NCBI GenBank assembly: GCA_026770705.1
Contig: JANJGN010000152.1
Location: forward strand, 62,001 to 126,000
Reading direction: 5' to 3'
Origin: Isurus oxyrinchus
Lineage: Eukaryota
Length of the DNA stretch: 64,000 nucleotides
Part shown: positions 40,947 to 51,600 of the stretch, piece by piece
Layout: each line of letters opens with the position of its first letter
How positions within the stretch are numbered: position 1 is the stretch's first letter
Notes under the pieces: model-generated
What the model was told of the DNA's origin: nothing
The model's input: only the letters and a program-made list of their open reading frames with translations
Database searches by the model: none
Program-made: the position numbers and the translations under genes

Positions 40947-42069
40947 TGTTACGAAAATATAATAATTTCATAATATTTTTCTGGATTATAGGAAAGTAGG
41001 TTTATGGAGTGAGTATATTTGATTCTGTTTATGTGATTTAAATACATTTGGAGTCAGATAAACTGCAAGCTTGGAATTATCAAAAGAAGCTAGGTGTAGA
41101 AATGTGTTTGAAATGCTAACAAATAAACATGGGTGCTGGCTTAGCATGCAAGGAAGGAAGGGAGTTTGCCTTTTTACATAAATGAAGGGAATGTATGGAT
41201 TTTAAGTTCACAAGTAGCCAGCTAAGCAAGGCTAAGGAGTGTGTTTATTTTTCCCAAAGGTTACTGATAATATTGGAACATGAATTTTTCTTTATTATGA
41301 GAAAGGTACCGCTCCAAAGTCATATGGAACACGAGAATTTACATATTAAAGAGAGATAAAGTTACATAAAAGAGAATGAAAGGCTATGTGAGGCAAGGGC
41401 CATGAAAGATCTAACAGGAGTGTGTGAAACAGCCTTCAAGAAACCTCTAGCCTTTTGTGCATAAGCCAGCTCTGTCCAGAAACTGAAGTTGGAGCAAACC
41501 ATTTGCAATTCCACTGCCAAGTGAGTACTGGGTTAACTTGCTGGTTTTCTTTGAAATCTAAAATCACACTACCTGGGAGGGTGGTGGAGGCGGGTTGCCT
41601 CACAGCCTTTAAAAAGTACCTGGATGAGCACTTGCCACGTCATAACATTCAAAGCTAAGCGCCAGGTGCTGGTAAATGGGATTAGGTAGGTAGGTCAGGT
41701 GTTTCTCATGTGTCAGTGCAGACTCGATGGGCTGAAGGCCCTATTCTGCACTGTGTGATTCTGAGATTCTGTGATTCTATGATTTTGGACTGCTGCCTTA
41801 AAGGGGGTGTGTAACTGAGAGTCAGGTTAATTCAGAATTTTAGGATTTGCTACAGAATTATGTATGTTTTTGAAATCTTTTATTTTGTCAATATATATTT
41901 TAATTTAATTTTGAAAATCTCTAAATGTCTTAGTGGAGTCGTCACCTGTGAAGGCAGTTCACTCATCTTCTCAAAATAATTACAAATTGAAAACCTTTGT
42001 GATGGCGTGACCACGTTTCCCTTGTGGATTTGGTCCGCCTGGCCACATATCATCAGCTATGCCATAACA
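40947..42069. mobile_element. Possible solo LTR with an internal CR1 tail (41562-41785)
   Basis: Begins TGTTA and ends TAACA (inverted termini). No matching target-site duplication found. The CR1 tail is near-identical to the reverse complement of 14690-14900. Confidence 0.35.
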
Positions 42070-43344
42070 CATGGATCTGGAACTATCTCCCCATTTGTCT
42101 GTCACTGTTTCTGTTAGTTAGCACAGCGACAGTTACTCCTGATAGTGGGATATTGAACATGAATGGCAATGTGCACAGAGCAGGTAGTTATCCTCGTTAA
42201 AGATAGAGATCATCTTCTGCAATGAGGGAGGATCAATTGTGTATTAAGGACCTCTGTACCTAAAAAACATTTCCCCAATATGATATTAACGACCATATTA
42301 ATAACAATATTAATACTTCATTTTGCTGTAGTTTTGAACATTTGCAAAGGGTTTCAAGGTATAAATTCAGAGCAGAAGTTAGTGTGGAAAGGTAATTACT
42401 GAATATTCCCACATCGATTCCTCGTTGGAGGCTTCATATCACAACACCACTTCTCTCCGATCCTAAAACGTCTCACAATGCAACTGCAACCGTATGAAAA
42501 CCATGAGCTTGGACTCATATCGTCCCATAGAGCACTGACCCTGTATTCACGTTCAAACTGTGATTCATATCACTTCAGCCACTTCACCGACTCTGTTCTG
42601 TCCAGTTCATGTACCATGCCCGATCTAACCAGAATCGCCATTGCGGTGATCCTGAGCACATCTCATTGGAGTAGTGACCTCACCCATCCAACTCGTGAAG
42701 AATTGATTCTCTGCACGATTGTACTGAATGGAAAGCATCTCGGGAGTGTGGTTAAAGGGGTTAAGGGCTTTTGAATTTGCGACAACAATCCGTAATATCC
42801 ATCGGAAATATTTGATTGTGACAATCGGTTTTCAATCAATATTTTGCCGTAAAGAAAGTCACAGTTCATGCACGTTTTTTTTTCCGTGGTGTTCAGAATG
42901 GTGTGACTGCACCGGAATCACAGAGCAGCAAGAAATTACCATGGAAATGTGAAAAATGTATGTATTCAACTATCTGCTATGTTTCTGCTGTGATTGAAGT
43001 AAGTTGGTTGAGGATATGCTGAGTGTTTTGTTGTACGTGAAAAGGCCGCAGGTTCCATGTATTATAATCCCCGTTTCTCATCACAGTCATGAAACCGCTT
43101 TCTAACTTTGAGATGAAGATTCAGCATCACCAGAAAAGGATCATCAGTGCCGCAGGGATATCTTCAGGTTGCACTTGGTGACGTTCAGCTCGTCAGTTGT
43201 CAACAGCCAAGGAATTGGAATGACCCAGAAATTCGGGAAGGACTGAAAGCACCAGACAGACACAAATTGAATAAAGGACCTGCTGCAAGTTATGGAGCAG
43301 TCAATCGTAAAGATGAAAATGTGTAACAGCATTTTTCAGGCACA

Positions 43345-43645
43345 TCCACCCACACTCCACCGACCCATCCATCCATCTGATGAAGAGTCATACGGACACT
43401 AAACCGTTAATATTGTCTCTCTCTCCACATATGCTGTCAGACCTGCTAAGCTTTTCCAGCATTTTCTGTTTTTACATCCGTCCATCCATCCATCCATCTC
43501 TTCAACCCCCGATCTGTCCATCCCTCCATCCCTCCATCCGTCTATCTATCCATCTATCCAGTTATCCATCCACCCATCTGCCCTTATTTATCTATCTAAC
43601 TATCTTTCTATCCATACCTCCATCTATATATTAATTCATCCATTC
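43345..43645. repeat. (CCAT)n/(CTAT)n microsatellite interrupted by a Penelope-type fragment
   Basis: Tetranucleotide runs on both sides of 43378-43475. Confidence 0.8.
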
Positions 43646-43698
43646 GTTGTCTGTTGTTCATGGTGTTTCCATGGTTAACCATGAAATAATTTCTGCAG

Positions 43699-43990
43699 TA
43701 GTGAGTTCTGGAGGTTCAGTCGGACAGTGGTCAATAGAAGCCCATTAACTGGAAGGAATCTCGATGAGCATAATTTGCATATTTTCAACTTCCGATGTGA
43801 ATTATGTTTTGCAGCTTCATCGTCAAAACTAGAACCCGGCTCCAGCTTTCGTAATTCGGGCACATTCTTGTGGAAAGAACATTAAAAGTCGCTTTTCAGT
43901 CATTCGAAAAACACCCAATTATATAGCTGCTTTCACCTTGTTTGTGCTTCAGGTCGCTGACAACCCCGTGTATTACTGTGTGCTGAGACC
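43699..43990 (+). pseudogene. TCR V-alpha/delta pseudogene with degenerate 23-RSS (43991-44029)
   Basis: After acceptor CAG (43696-43698) one frame reads VSSGGSVGQWSIEAH*LEGISMSIICIFSTSDVNYVLQLHRQN*NPAPAFVI..RFSV..LQVADNPVYYCVLR: two stops and WYRQ>LHRQ. RSS is ATCAGTG, 23-bp spacer, ACCAATAAA. No leader exon found. Confidence 0.85.
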
Positions 43991-44068
43991 ATCAGTGAGA
44001 AAGGCCTCGGGGCAACTCGTACCAATAAAGTGTTTTGTGAGATCAGCGAAAATAAGCTTCATTAAATC

Positions 44069-44087
44069 CGGCCACCAGGTGGCGCAT
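44069..44087 (+). promoter_or_regulatory. CTCF-binding motif
   Basis: GGCCACCAGGTGGCGC fits the CCASYAGRKGGCRS core, about 40 bp downstream of the V RSS. Confidence 0.65.
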
Positions 44088-44672
44088 CAGGCCGTGGATT
44101 CCCGCCTCCTGACAAATACTTTCTTAAAAATACTTGAGGAAAAATTGCGTTTGATCTCGTATTTATGCCCATTAGTGTGACGTTTCCTTAGAGACCCATA
44201 ATTGGGAAGTTTATTTCAGTGTTAATCAACAGCCCAGCTCCAATACATTGGGATGGGATGCCCAGTTGTTCTGACAGATTCAGCCCCTTGTTTTAACTGA
44301 TTTCAACTATGAAAGTTTCTGTAATTACAGAATAATACAGCAATCCTCTAATACCTGTCGCCAGACTGTTTTCCCCAGATTTGAAATGTCTATGAACGTA
44401 ACGCAGACCGGCAGAATTATATAATTTCTGTTGAGCGCGTTAGTTTTGAATTCAGCTTATTATCGTTAGATTTTACGACTGACAACAGTGCTCGCGGCCG
44501 CCTCCCCCATAGTTCCGTTCGTTTCTTTCGCTCTGACCTTCCTTGCCTTTCCTGTGATTTGGAAAGTTGTTTTCCACTGTTCCTGGTTTGACGTTGGTTA
44601 GATCGACTGTACAGTGCGCAGGGGATCTGCACTTCTGCCCTGACAGAGGATTTGGCGGGCTCTGGGAGCATC

Positions 44673-45680
44673 ATGGGGAATTACATCACACCCGGTCCTC
44701 GTCATTATATCACTTATCAGTAAGTATTTCCTTCCCAGAAAATATCCGTTCTCCCCCTGACAGCTGCAACCCACGTGTTATTAATTGTAAAGTGATACAG
44801 CTGTTTTCTTTCGAGTACAAATCCGTTTCCATCTGTTTTAGATGAAGTTACATTGGTTCATAGTTTGCCATTGTGAGATTTGAACTCTTGTTACTCTTTC
44901 GAGTACAAACCCGTTTCCATCTGTCTCAGATGAAGTTACATTGTTTCGCCATTGTGAGATTTGAACTCTTGATACTCTTTCGAGTACAAACCAATTTCCA
45001 TCTGTTTCAGATGACGTTACATTGTTTCATAGTTTGCCATTGTGAGATCTGAACCCTTGATACTCTTTCGAGCACAAACCCGTTTCCATCTGTTTCAGAT
45101 GAAGTTACGTTGTTTCATAGTTTTGCCATTGTGAGATTTGAACTCTTGATCTTGGGGTTACAAACCCAGTACCATAACCACTTGGCTATTTAGGCCAAGC
45201 TCAAGTGATGCAGCTGTTGATGAAGCTACTTGAAATGGTGGTGATGATGATCCTGATAATGATGACATCTACCCGACTACTTTATGTTGGGATGGAGCCA
45301 TCCAGACACAGTGGTCGGGTCGGTTGCTGAAATGATGCCGAAACTGAAACGATGCCGAAGACGGCAGTAACACCACGTGATCTGCATCTTGAAAACATAT
45401 CTCCATAACCATACAAACAGTCATTCGGACTCGAAACGTTAACTGTCTTCCTCTCCACAGATGCTGTCAGACCTGTGGAGCTTTTCCAGCTATTTTTATT
45501 TTTGCTCCATAACCAGTTGTTCTGGTATAGTCAGCAGCCCGAGCAAAACATCCACAGCTCCTCAATAATCTGATCGGTGAGAATGAAAACAACAAGACAG
45601 ACATTGTTGGGCAATTCTCTTCTACATTTAACAGAACTGCCAAGATAACGGAGCTGAGGCTCTGAACTGCGACGCAGCCA
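44673..45680 (+). pseudogene. Second TCR V-alpha/delta pseudogene (frameshifted leader 44673-44719; V exon ~45306-45680, interrupted and 3'-truncated)
   Basis: Leader reads MGITSHPVLVIISLI|GTAAGT if one extra G is removed. Removing the insert 45412-45515 (target-site duplication CTCCATAACCA) restores VICILKTYLHNQLFWYSQQP, then (frameshift) HPQLL..GQFSSTFNRTAKITELRL*. No YYC or RSS remains. Confidence 0.75.
44806..45200 (-). mobile_element. tRNA-derived SINE with an 80-88-bp tandem-repeat body, inserted in the V pseudogene intron
   Basis: Minus-strand head has A box TAGCCAAGTGG and B box GTTCAAATC. Four repeat units follow. A 16-bp target-site duplication AAGTGAT(A/G)CAGCTGTT sits at 44790-44805 and 45203-45218. 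Confidence 0.8.
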
Positions 45681-47509
45681 AGCCCCACGGCAGAGATCCG
45701 GCGGATCCCGGTCAAAATGCTAGAACGAGCGGCTCAGTTAATGCTCAACAGAGGGCGCTCGAACACCGGGAAACAAGGGCAAATATTCAGCCTTCGTATC
45801 ATATTCAGGCGGAGCCCCGTTAAAGGTGCAAGAAAACCGTAACATTCTGAAGGGGCCATGACCTCCGAGCTAAAAGGCCGTGTAAGTGGAGGACACAGCA
45901 AAGAAGCGCCGGGGAACACCCCGCCCGGAGTTCCCAGGCAAGGTTTACACGGCAATTGTCCGGGAAGTAGAAACTTCCCATGGGCAATTGCTCTGTACTG
46001 GGAACAAACAGAAAATACAATTTACATTGCAAACCTCGAATGGTTCCGACTGTCCGACATCAAGAGTTGCCCAGAAAGTTAGAATTAAAACCACTTCTAG
46101 CTTCTGAGTAACTTTGTACAGAGCCACACTGACACCCACGAGTCTCCTTCCACACCCCCGAACTCCCAGGAAGTCCCCCCACCTCTCAGACTCCAACTCC
46201 CCCCACGGGACACCCCCAACCCACGAACCCCAGGGGACTCCCTGCACCTGACGACCACTCTCAGCAGCCCAAACCCAGCTGCTCATATACAAAAAGTCCA
46301 GCGAATTCAGTAAATAGACGGAGAATTTCTCACCGCCTGGTAGCGGGGGATCCTGCCGATTGTAAACGGAAGAGGGAGACGGAGAGAGAGAAGCATAAAT
46401 AAAAGCAGAAATGATATAAATAAATCAAGTTAACAAATCCAGGCAGGAAGCAGAAAAGGAGAGAATTAATAAAATTATTGAATCGTGCAATGGCATTGAT
46501 TGAAAGGAAGATCTTAACATTGTCCCTGTGCACGCGAGTGCCGCCTGCTCCACGGTGCATCAGCCCCACACTTTATACCGAGTGTTTAAAACCTGAACAA
46601 TGTTCCGGTGACGGTGAGTGAAACCCCTTCCTTCCGCCGCCGCCTCCACCATCACCATCGTATATCGGCTCAGTGCCTGTCTGGCCTCAATGGTTAAAGG
46701 CCTGAGAGATTTACCTGTGAAGATCAGTGAATGAGGTCCCCCAGATGAGTAATTTCAGTGTCGTCTGGTCTCACTCGTTAAAGATTTGTATACCTCGTCT
46801 ACAGATTAGCCCTGTGTCTGTATGCTTTCAGACACCTACACAATGCCGAATATAAAGTTGAGGTCAAGAACGATGGACGATGCATAGGGAGTTTGATAAA
46901 AATGAGACTCAGTGTGGTGATAATGCAGAGAAACACTAACAGAGGGACATAAATGAAGGTGAGATTGATTACATTGAGTGGCAGAGAGACATATTAACAG
47001 AGAGATGTATAATGCTGAGGTGAGGACAGTTAGTGGTACAAATCTAGAATAGCAGAAAAGTATTAATGCAGAAATGTATTTATAAATATAAAGGCACAGA
47101 AAGTAAACAGTTGATAATGGCTATTCTCCCATATGACACTTGGTGCAGTAAACTGCGGGAAAGGGATCATCACTGCTCTGTGTAATACAAATGGACAAGA
47201 GAGACTAACACTGACTGAAGTTATGGGATGCACACACAGTCTGTAGACTCCTCAGTGACACCAGGAAATATGAAATTTGGAGAATCCTGGGGATTTCAAT
47301 CAGGAAAATGGGGATGACGCTAAAGGAAACAATGGGAAACAAAGGCAAACATTAGCACACAGCTAACAGAAAAAAAAAGCAAGTTAAAATGAAACAAACT
47401 CGTGGTATAGGAATCTGAGCATCTTTACTGTGACGTGAGTGATGGTCACCTCGGTGTATGAGTTCAGTGTCTGGCTGCACACAGTTACTCTAGGATTAAG
47501 CGATACTCA

Positions 47510-48005
47510 TTTATTAGCGCACTGTACAATCCCTCTGTTTATATTAAACCAGACGTCACCTCATTTATTACTGCACTGCACTGGATGATGTCTTAGCTAG
47601 TACTGCATTAGATAGGCCTCCACTTATGTTAGAAGAGGCCCTATTTTTGTTATTACTGACTACAATATTTTAATGCTTATGCTTATATTACACTAGACAC
47701 TGTCCCAATGGAACTACACTTGACCACATCTCACTATATATTGCATTCGTCCCTTTTTTCAGTTATTTGCTAAAGGATCCAATTCTGTCTATGTGATCCA
47801 AGGTGGTATCTCAGTTATTATTGCAAGATGTCATCTCCATTAGTGTTAGGCAACATCCTGTCTCAGTATTACTCAAGATAATGTCACTCTTGATATTACA
47901 ATAGCCTGTGTCTCTGTTTACAGTGCATGAGCCCCAACCTCATTTATTGCGGCATTACTCATGTCTGTTTGCATTACACTCGGCCATCCCTGAATTACTA
48001 CTGCT
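47510..48005 (+). repeat. Highly diverged 27-bp satellite
   Basis: Decayed monomers (TCTGTTTATATTA, TCAGTTATTA). Confidence 0.55.
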
Positions 48006-48780
48006 TAACAAGGCTTTGAAGTGTTCGATCAGCCATGATTGTATTGAATGGCGGATCAGGCTCGATGGGCTGAATGACCTTCTCCTGTTCATATGTTCCT
48101 AAGCTTCCATATCCCGTACTATTGGTATTATTCCGAAGCAGACACTAGCCACCTAGCCAAGTAAGGTAACGAGCTGCCAGTTATTCTTTGTCTATGTTGT
48201 GTACATCTGCCAGGATATTGGTAATGTCACTGGACTCCCTCATATTGCAACCTGGGCCAGGGAAGATGCTGGGTCTGAGGCGCCGACCTTCAGATCAGAA
48301 ATCTAACTGAGGTCCCGCCAGCCCATTCAGGGTGATGTTAAACCATCTCCGGAATACTGGGGTAAGAGCCGGGCGCGGGGATTCTCCTGGTGTCCTGGGC
48401 CCACATTCCACCTTAAACAAGCATCACCCAATACAAACATAGGCACCAACCTCCCAGTTCATTACTGTGGGGAAAGGAAGGCGGCAACACAACTGGCAGA
48501 AAGAAAAGCTCCCCTCCCCCACCCCTGTACACCATAGTATTGTGGGAGGGGCTTTCACATCCGGATCACAATCCAAATGTAGAGTCAGAAAATTGCAGCC
48601 TCCTTTTATAAACATGTCTCTTATTCACATACACTTCGTCAGCGACCCAAGAACAGTGCGGTCCATCAATGATCTCAAACACACTGCCCTGTGCAAATCA
48701 ACTCGATCCCCCTAAAGTACTTCAGTCCAGCTCTGAGGTCCGGTCTCCCAGTGCAGTCCAGGGCTGCAGCCTCCAGTTCC

Positions 48781-48792
48781 CCGTCATATAAA
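48781..48792 (+). promoter_or_regulatory. NAR-TCR V promoter TATA box with adjacent CRE half-site
   Basis: CGTCA overlaps/abuts TATAAA (48787-48792), about 25 bp before the ATG; an octamer-like GTGCAAAT lies at 48691. Confidence 0.5.
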
Positions 48793-48816
48793 CACTCAGC
48801 TCCAGGCAGCAGAACG

Positions 48817-49288
48817 ATGGGAATCCTTCATGTTTTCACCCTGTGTGTCTATTTATCCCGTGAGTACCGATCAAACAAACCGACATTGTGTGGGTTTAAT
48901 ATAAAGCTGCCCGAGTCCATTCCATTTACAGACACTGTCCGGAGTTTTAACCCCGTTCTGTGGTTCGGCTCTGATAGTCCATTAAACTCTGTTTAATTTC
49001 CAGGCTCTTTCAGTCAGTCAGTGACACAGACCCCGGCAGCGGTGACCAGGAAGGAGTGTCAGTCTCTCACCATCACCTGTGTTTTCTCCGCTGCTTCGTG
49101 GCATTATTTCCAAACGGGACATTTCTTCAAACAAACACAGAGTGGGACTGAGCGGGAGCGGATCTCCAGCTGGGGGAGATTTGTTGTTTCGGTGAATAAA
49201 GCACGAAAGACATTTTCGCTGGAAATTCAGCATGTGAGAGTTGAGGACACCGCCACCTATTACTGTAAAGCTCAGTACCTGCACGACA
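48817..49288 (+). CDS. NAR-TCR variable gene segment (IgNAR-like V); leader 48817-48859, V exon 49004-49288; intact
   Basis: Leader MGILHVFTLCVYLS|GTGAGT. V reads QSVTQTPAAVTRKECQSLTITC..TERERISSWGRFVVSVNKARKTFSLEIQHVRVEDTATYYCKA: short CDR2-less VNAR-type domain, YYCKA motif and a non-canonical FR1 Cys (49057-49059) typical of NAR-TCR. Confidence 0.92.
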
Positions 49289-49326
49289 CACAGTGATGGG
49301 CCTCGGCTGCCCGCGATACAAAAACT
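49289..49326 (+). promoter_or_regulatory. NAR-TCR V RSS, 22-bp spacer
   Basis: CACAGTG, 22 bp, ACAAAAACT. Confidence 0.93.
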
Positions 49327-49682
49327 CTCTCTGCCGCTTATCACAGAAACAAATGAAAAAGCGGAGTTAATCTGCAATTAAACTCCAACAGTTGTTCCTC
49401 ACACATTCTGCCCCACAGTCTAGTTTATAATGAGATTGGATGATTGCTGTTAACATCTTGAGTTTTATAAATGCCGAGTGTGTGAGGATGGTGATGTCTA
49501 TCCCGGGATTGGTGTCAGTGAATGGGGATTGGGAATGACTGTTCCCAGTTGCAAACCCCGAACGCCATATGTGATTCTGGTCTAATAGCTGGAACCGGGA
49601 ACCGCAGTCTCTGCTGTTTAACTAATGTCCACAAATCTCAACAAACACCCGGGGGATTTAATACTGACTTTGTAACACTGTG

Positions 49683-49699
49683 TGGATGGATGGGGGAGT
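49683..49699 (+). other. NAR-TCR D segment (TGGATGGATGGGGGAGT) with 12/12 RSS
   Basis: 5' heptamer CACTGTG 49676-49682 with a weak nonamer (GGATTTAAT or GATTTAATA, 12-13 bp away). 3' CACAATG 49700-49706, 12 bp, GCAAATACC 49719-49727. Confidence 0.85.
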
Positions 49700-50081
49700 C
49701 ACAATGGGAGAGACCTGAGCAAATACCTCTATACAATTTAAATATAAATTCTCCGGGCCTGGATAGTGAATTGTCCGGTTGATGTTATTACCGCTGGAAT
49801 CTGGTTACATTTCATTTTAATTCCCACCATTCAGTTATCTTTCTTTGATATTTTTCTCGGTTTATATGAAGCGAACATCCAGTTCCCGGGACCATTTACT
49901 CAGTGCTCAGGGCCTCACAAAGGACAGTTTGAACCGACAGAGACTTTGTAACGTTGAATATTGTTTATTTACTTAAATCCGCTGAATAATTGCGCAGTTT
50001 CTACTGTCTGATGATGATTTCCGGGCAGGTTGTGGTGTCGGTGGTTGTTGTACCTGGGAGACTGAGAGCGGTGTTACTGTG

Positions 50082-50134
50082 GTGGGTTACTGATTATGCG
50101 GATGGATCCGGGACAGTGGTGACTGTCACAGCCG
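50082..50134 (+). other. NAR-TCR J segment (WVTDYADGSGTVVTVTA) with 23-RSS
   Basis: GGTTGTTGT 50043-50051, 23 bp, TACTGTG 50075-50081; G-x-G-T-x-V-T-V motif; phase-1 donor GTAAGT at 50135. Confidence 0.92.
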
Positions 50135-51049
50135 GTAAGTGACTCCAACCCACGCCGCGTTACAGACTGTCCCGGGTAATGTTATTGATATCAGTGGAGT
50201 TTGGGTGGGATGTGGGAGTTGACGGAATCTGGACAATTATTGGTTTAATGGGCACATCGGGGACAACATCAACATCAACATCACGGACTCTCACACGCTG
50301 AATCGCTTTTAATGAGCACAGGTTGGCGACAATCCGGACCCCACTCCTAGCGTTAACTGTGACCGAGGGATCTCTGTCTGTCCCTTAGAACCCGGGACCG
50401 GGGTCACAGAGCTCTCTCCTGGGCAGCAGATTGCAGTCCGAGCCGCGGAATGTGAATGAGGTACCGGGTGAACAAACTCAACACAACTGCGGCCAGTTCG
50501 GGTACCTGCAGCGGCTCGTTCAACACCTGACCCGGGAGAAAAACGGGACAGTGACACAACAGACTCCAGATATAAGAGATCCTGATATGGGTCCAGATGG
50601 AATTTTATTATTGGGCAATCAGTGACTGAAATTTGTGACATTGTCCCCTCCATTTCTTTCAGTTGCCTCCATATAACCAATCAGTTTCCTCCTTTTCTGT
50701 CTTCAGACCGAAATATGAATGATTGGGACTGCAGGCACTTCTCTATCTTGAATGTAGATGTTTGAAAGATGGGATTGCAGTAATTTATCTGTATCCCTGA
50801 TTACTATGAATTGAATCAACACAGTGCAGTGAACGAGTGAGGGTAATGCATTAATCTTATGAATGAGTACAGGGACAGAAGGAAACAATTATAAACAGGG
50901 GGAACGTTCGTTGATAACCAGCAAGAAATAATTAATCGAAAGGGAGAGAAGGATTGGCTGAATTCTGGGTGCCTTTCAAAGTACAATCCGACCCCAGGGT
51001 GGTGGGTGAGGTTTATGGAGGGAAGGATTGAAATAGACTCCAGTCCAGA

Positions 51050-51600
51050 ATGCTGTGTAAAATTCTGTTCTCCTTACAGAAGATAGATCAACCTGCATTG
51101 GAAGGATTGCAACAAATGTTCTTCAGACTGATTCCTGAGATGAAGGGATTGTCCAATGGGAAGAGATTTAGTCGCCTCGGTCTATATTTCCCAGAGTTTA
51201 GAATAAAGAGAGGTGATCTCACGAAAACATATAATATACTGAAGGGTTTTGACAGGGCAGATTCTGGCTCGGAGTTTCCCCAGACTGAGGAGTATAGAAC
51301 TCGGGGTCACAGCTTCAGAATAAAGAGTCATCCATTAGAACTGAGAAGCAAAAAAATCTTCAGTCGAACCATTGTTGTGAATGTGTTGCATTCTGTAAAT
51401 CAGAGCGCTATGGATGTTCAGTATCTGTTTGCATTGAAGACAATATTTAATTGGTTTGCAGACACTAAAATATCAGGGATATGGGGAGAATGCGGAGATG
51501 TGCTGTTAAGGTTGTAAATCAGCCAGGATATTACTGAATGGCTGAGCAGGTTTGAAAGGTGATCTGGCGACTCCTGCTTCTATTGATTGGATTCTCTGCT
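51050..51600 (+). mobile_element. CR1 LINE 3' fragment in the J-to-supporting-V intron
   Basis: ALEGLQQMFFRLIPEMKGL..EFRIKRGDLTKTYNILKG..TRGHSFRI. Confidence 0.85.

Noticed and set aside
42360-43340. Non-repetitive, coding-like stretch upstream of the first TCR V pseudogene
   Set aside because: No recognisable domain or leader exon; probably decayed transposon sequence, unresolved without a database search.
43773-43780. Perfect Ig octamer ATTTGCAT
   Set aside because: It lies in the Ile-Cys-Ile codons of the V pseudogene exon, not in a promoter position.
45120-45200. tRNA gene on the minus strand
   Set aside because: Acceptor and anticodon stems pair imperfectly, and the sequence is the head of a SINE bounded by a target-site duplication.
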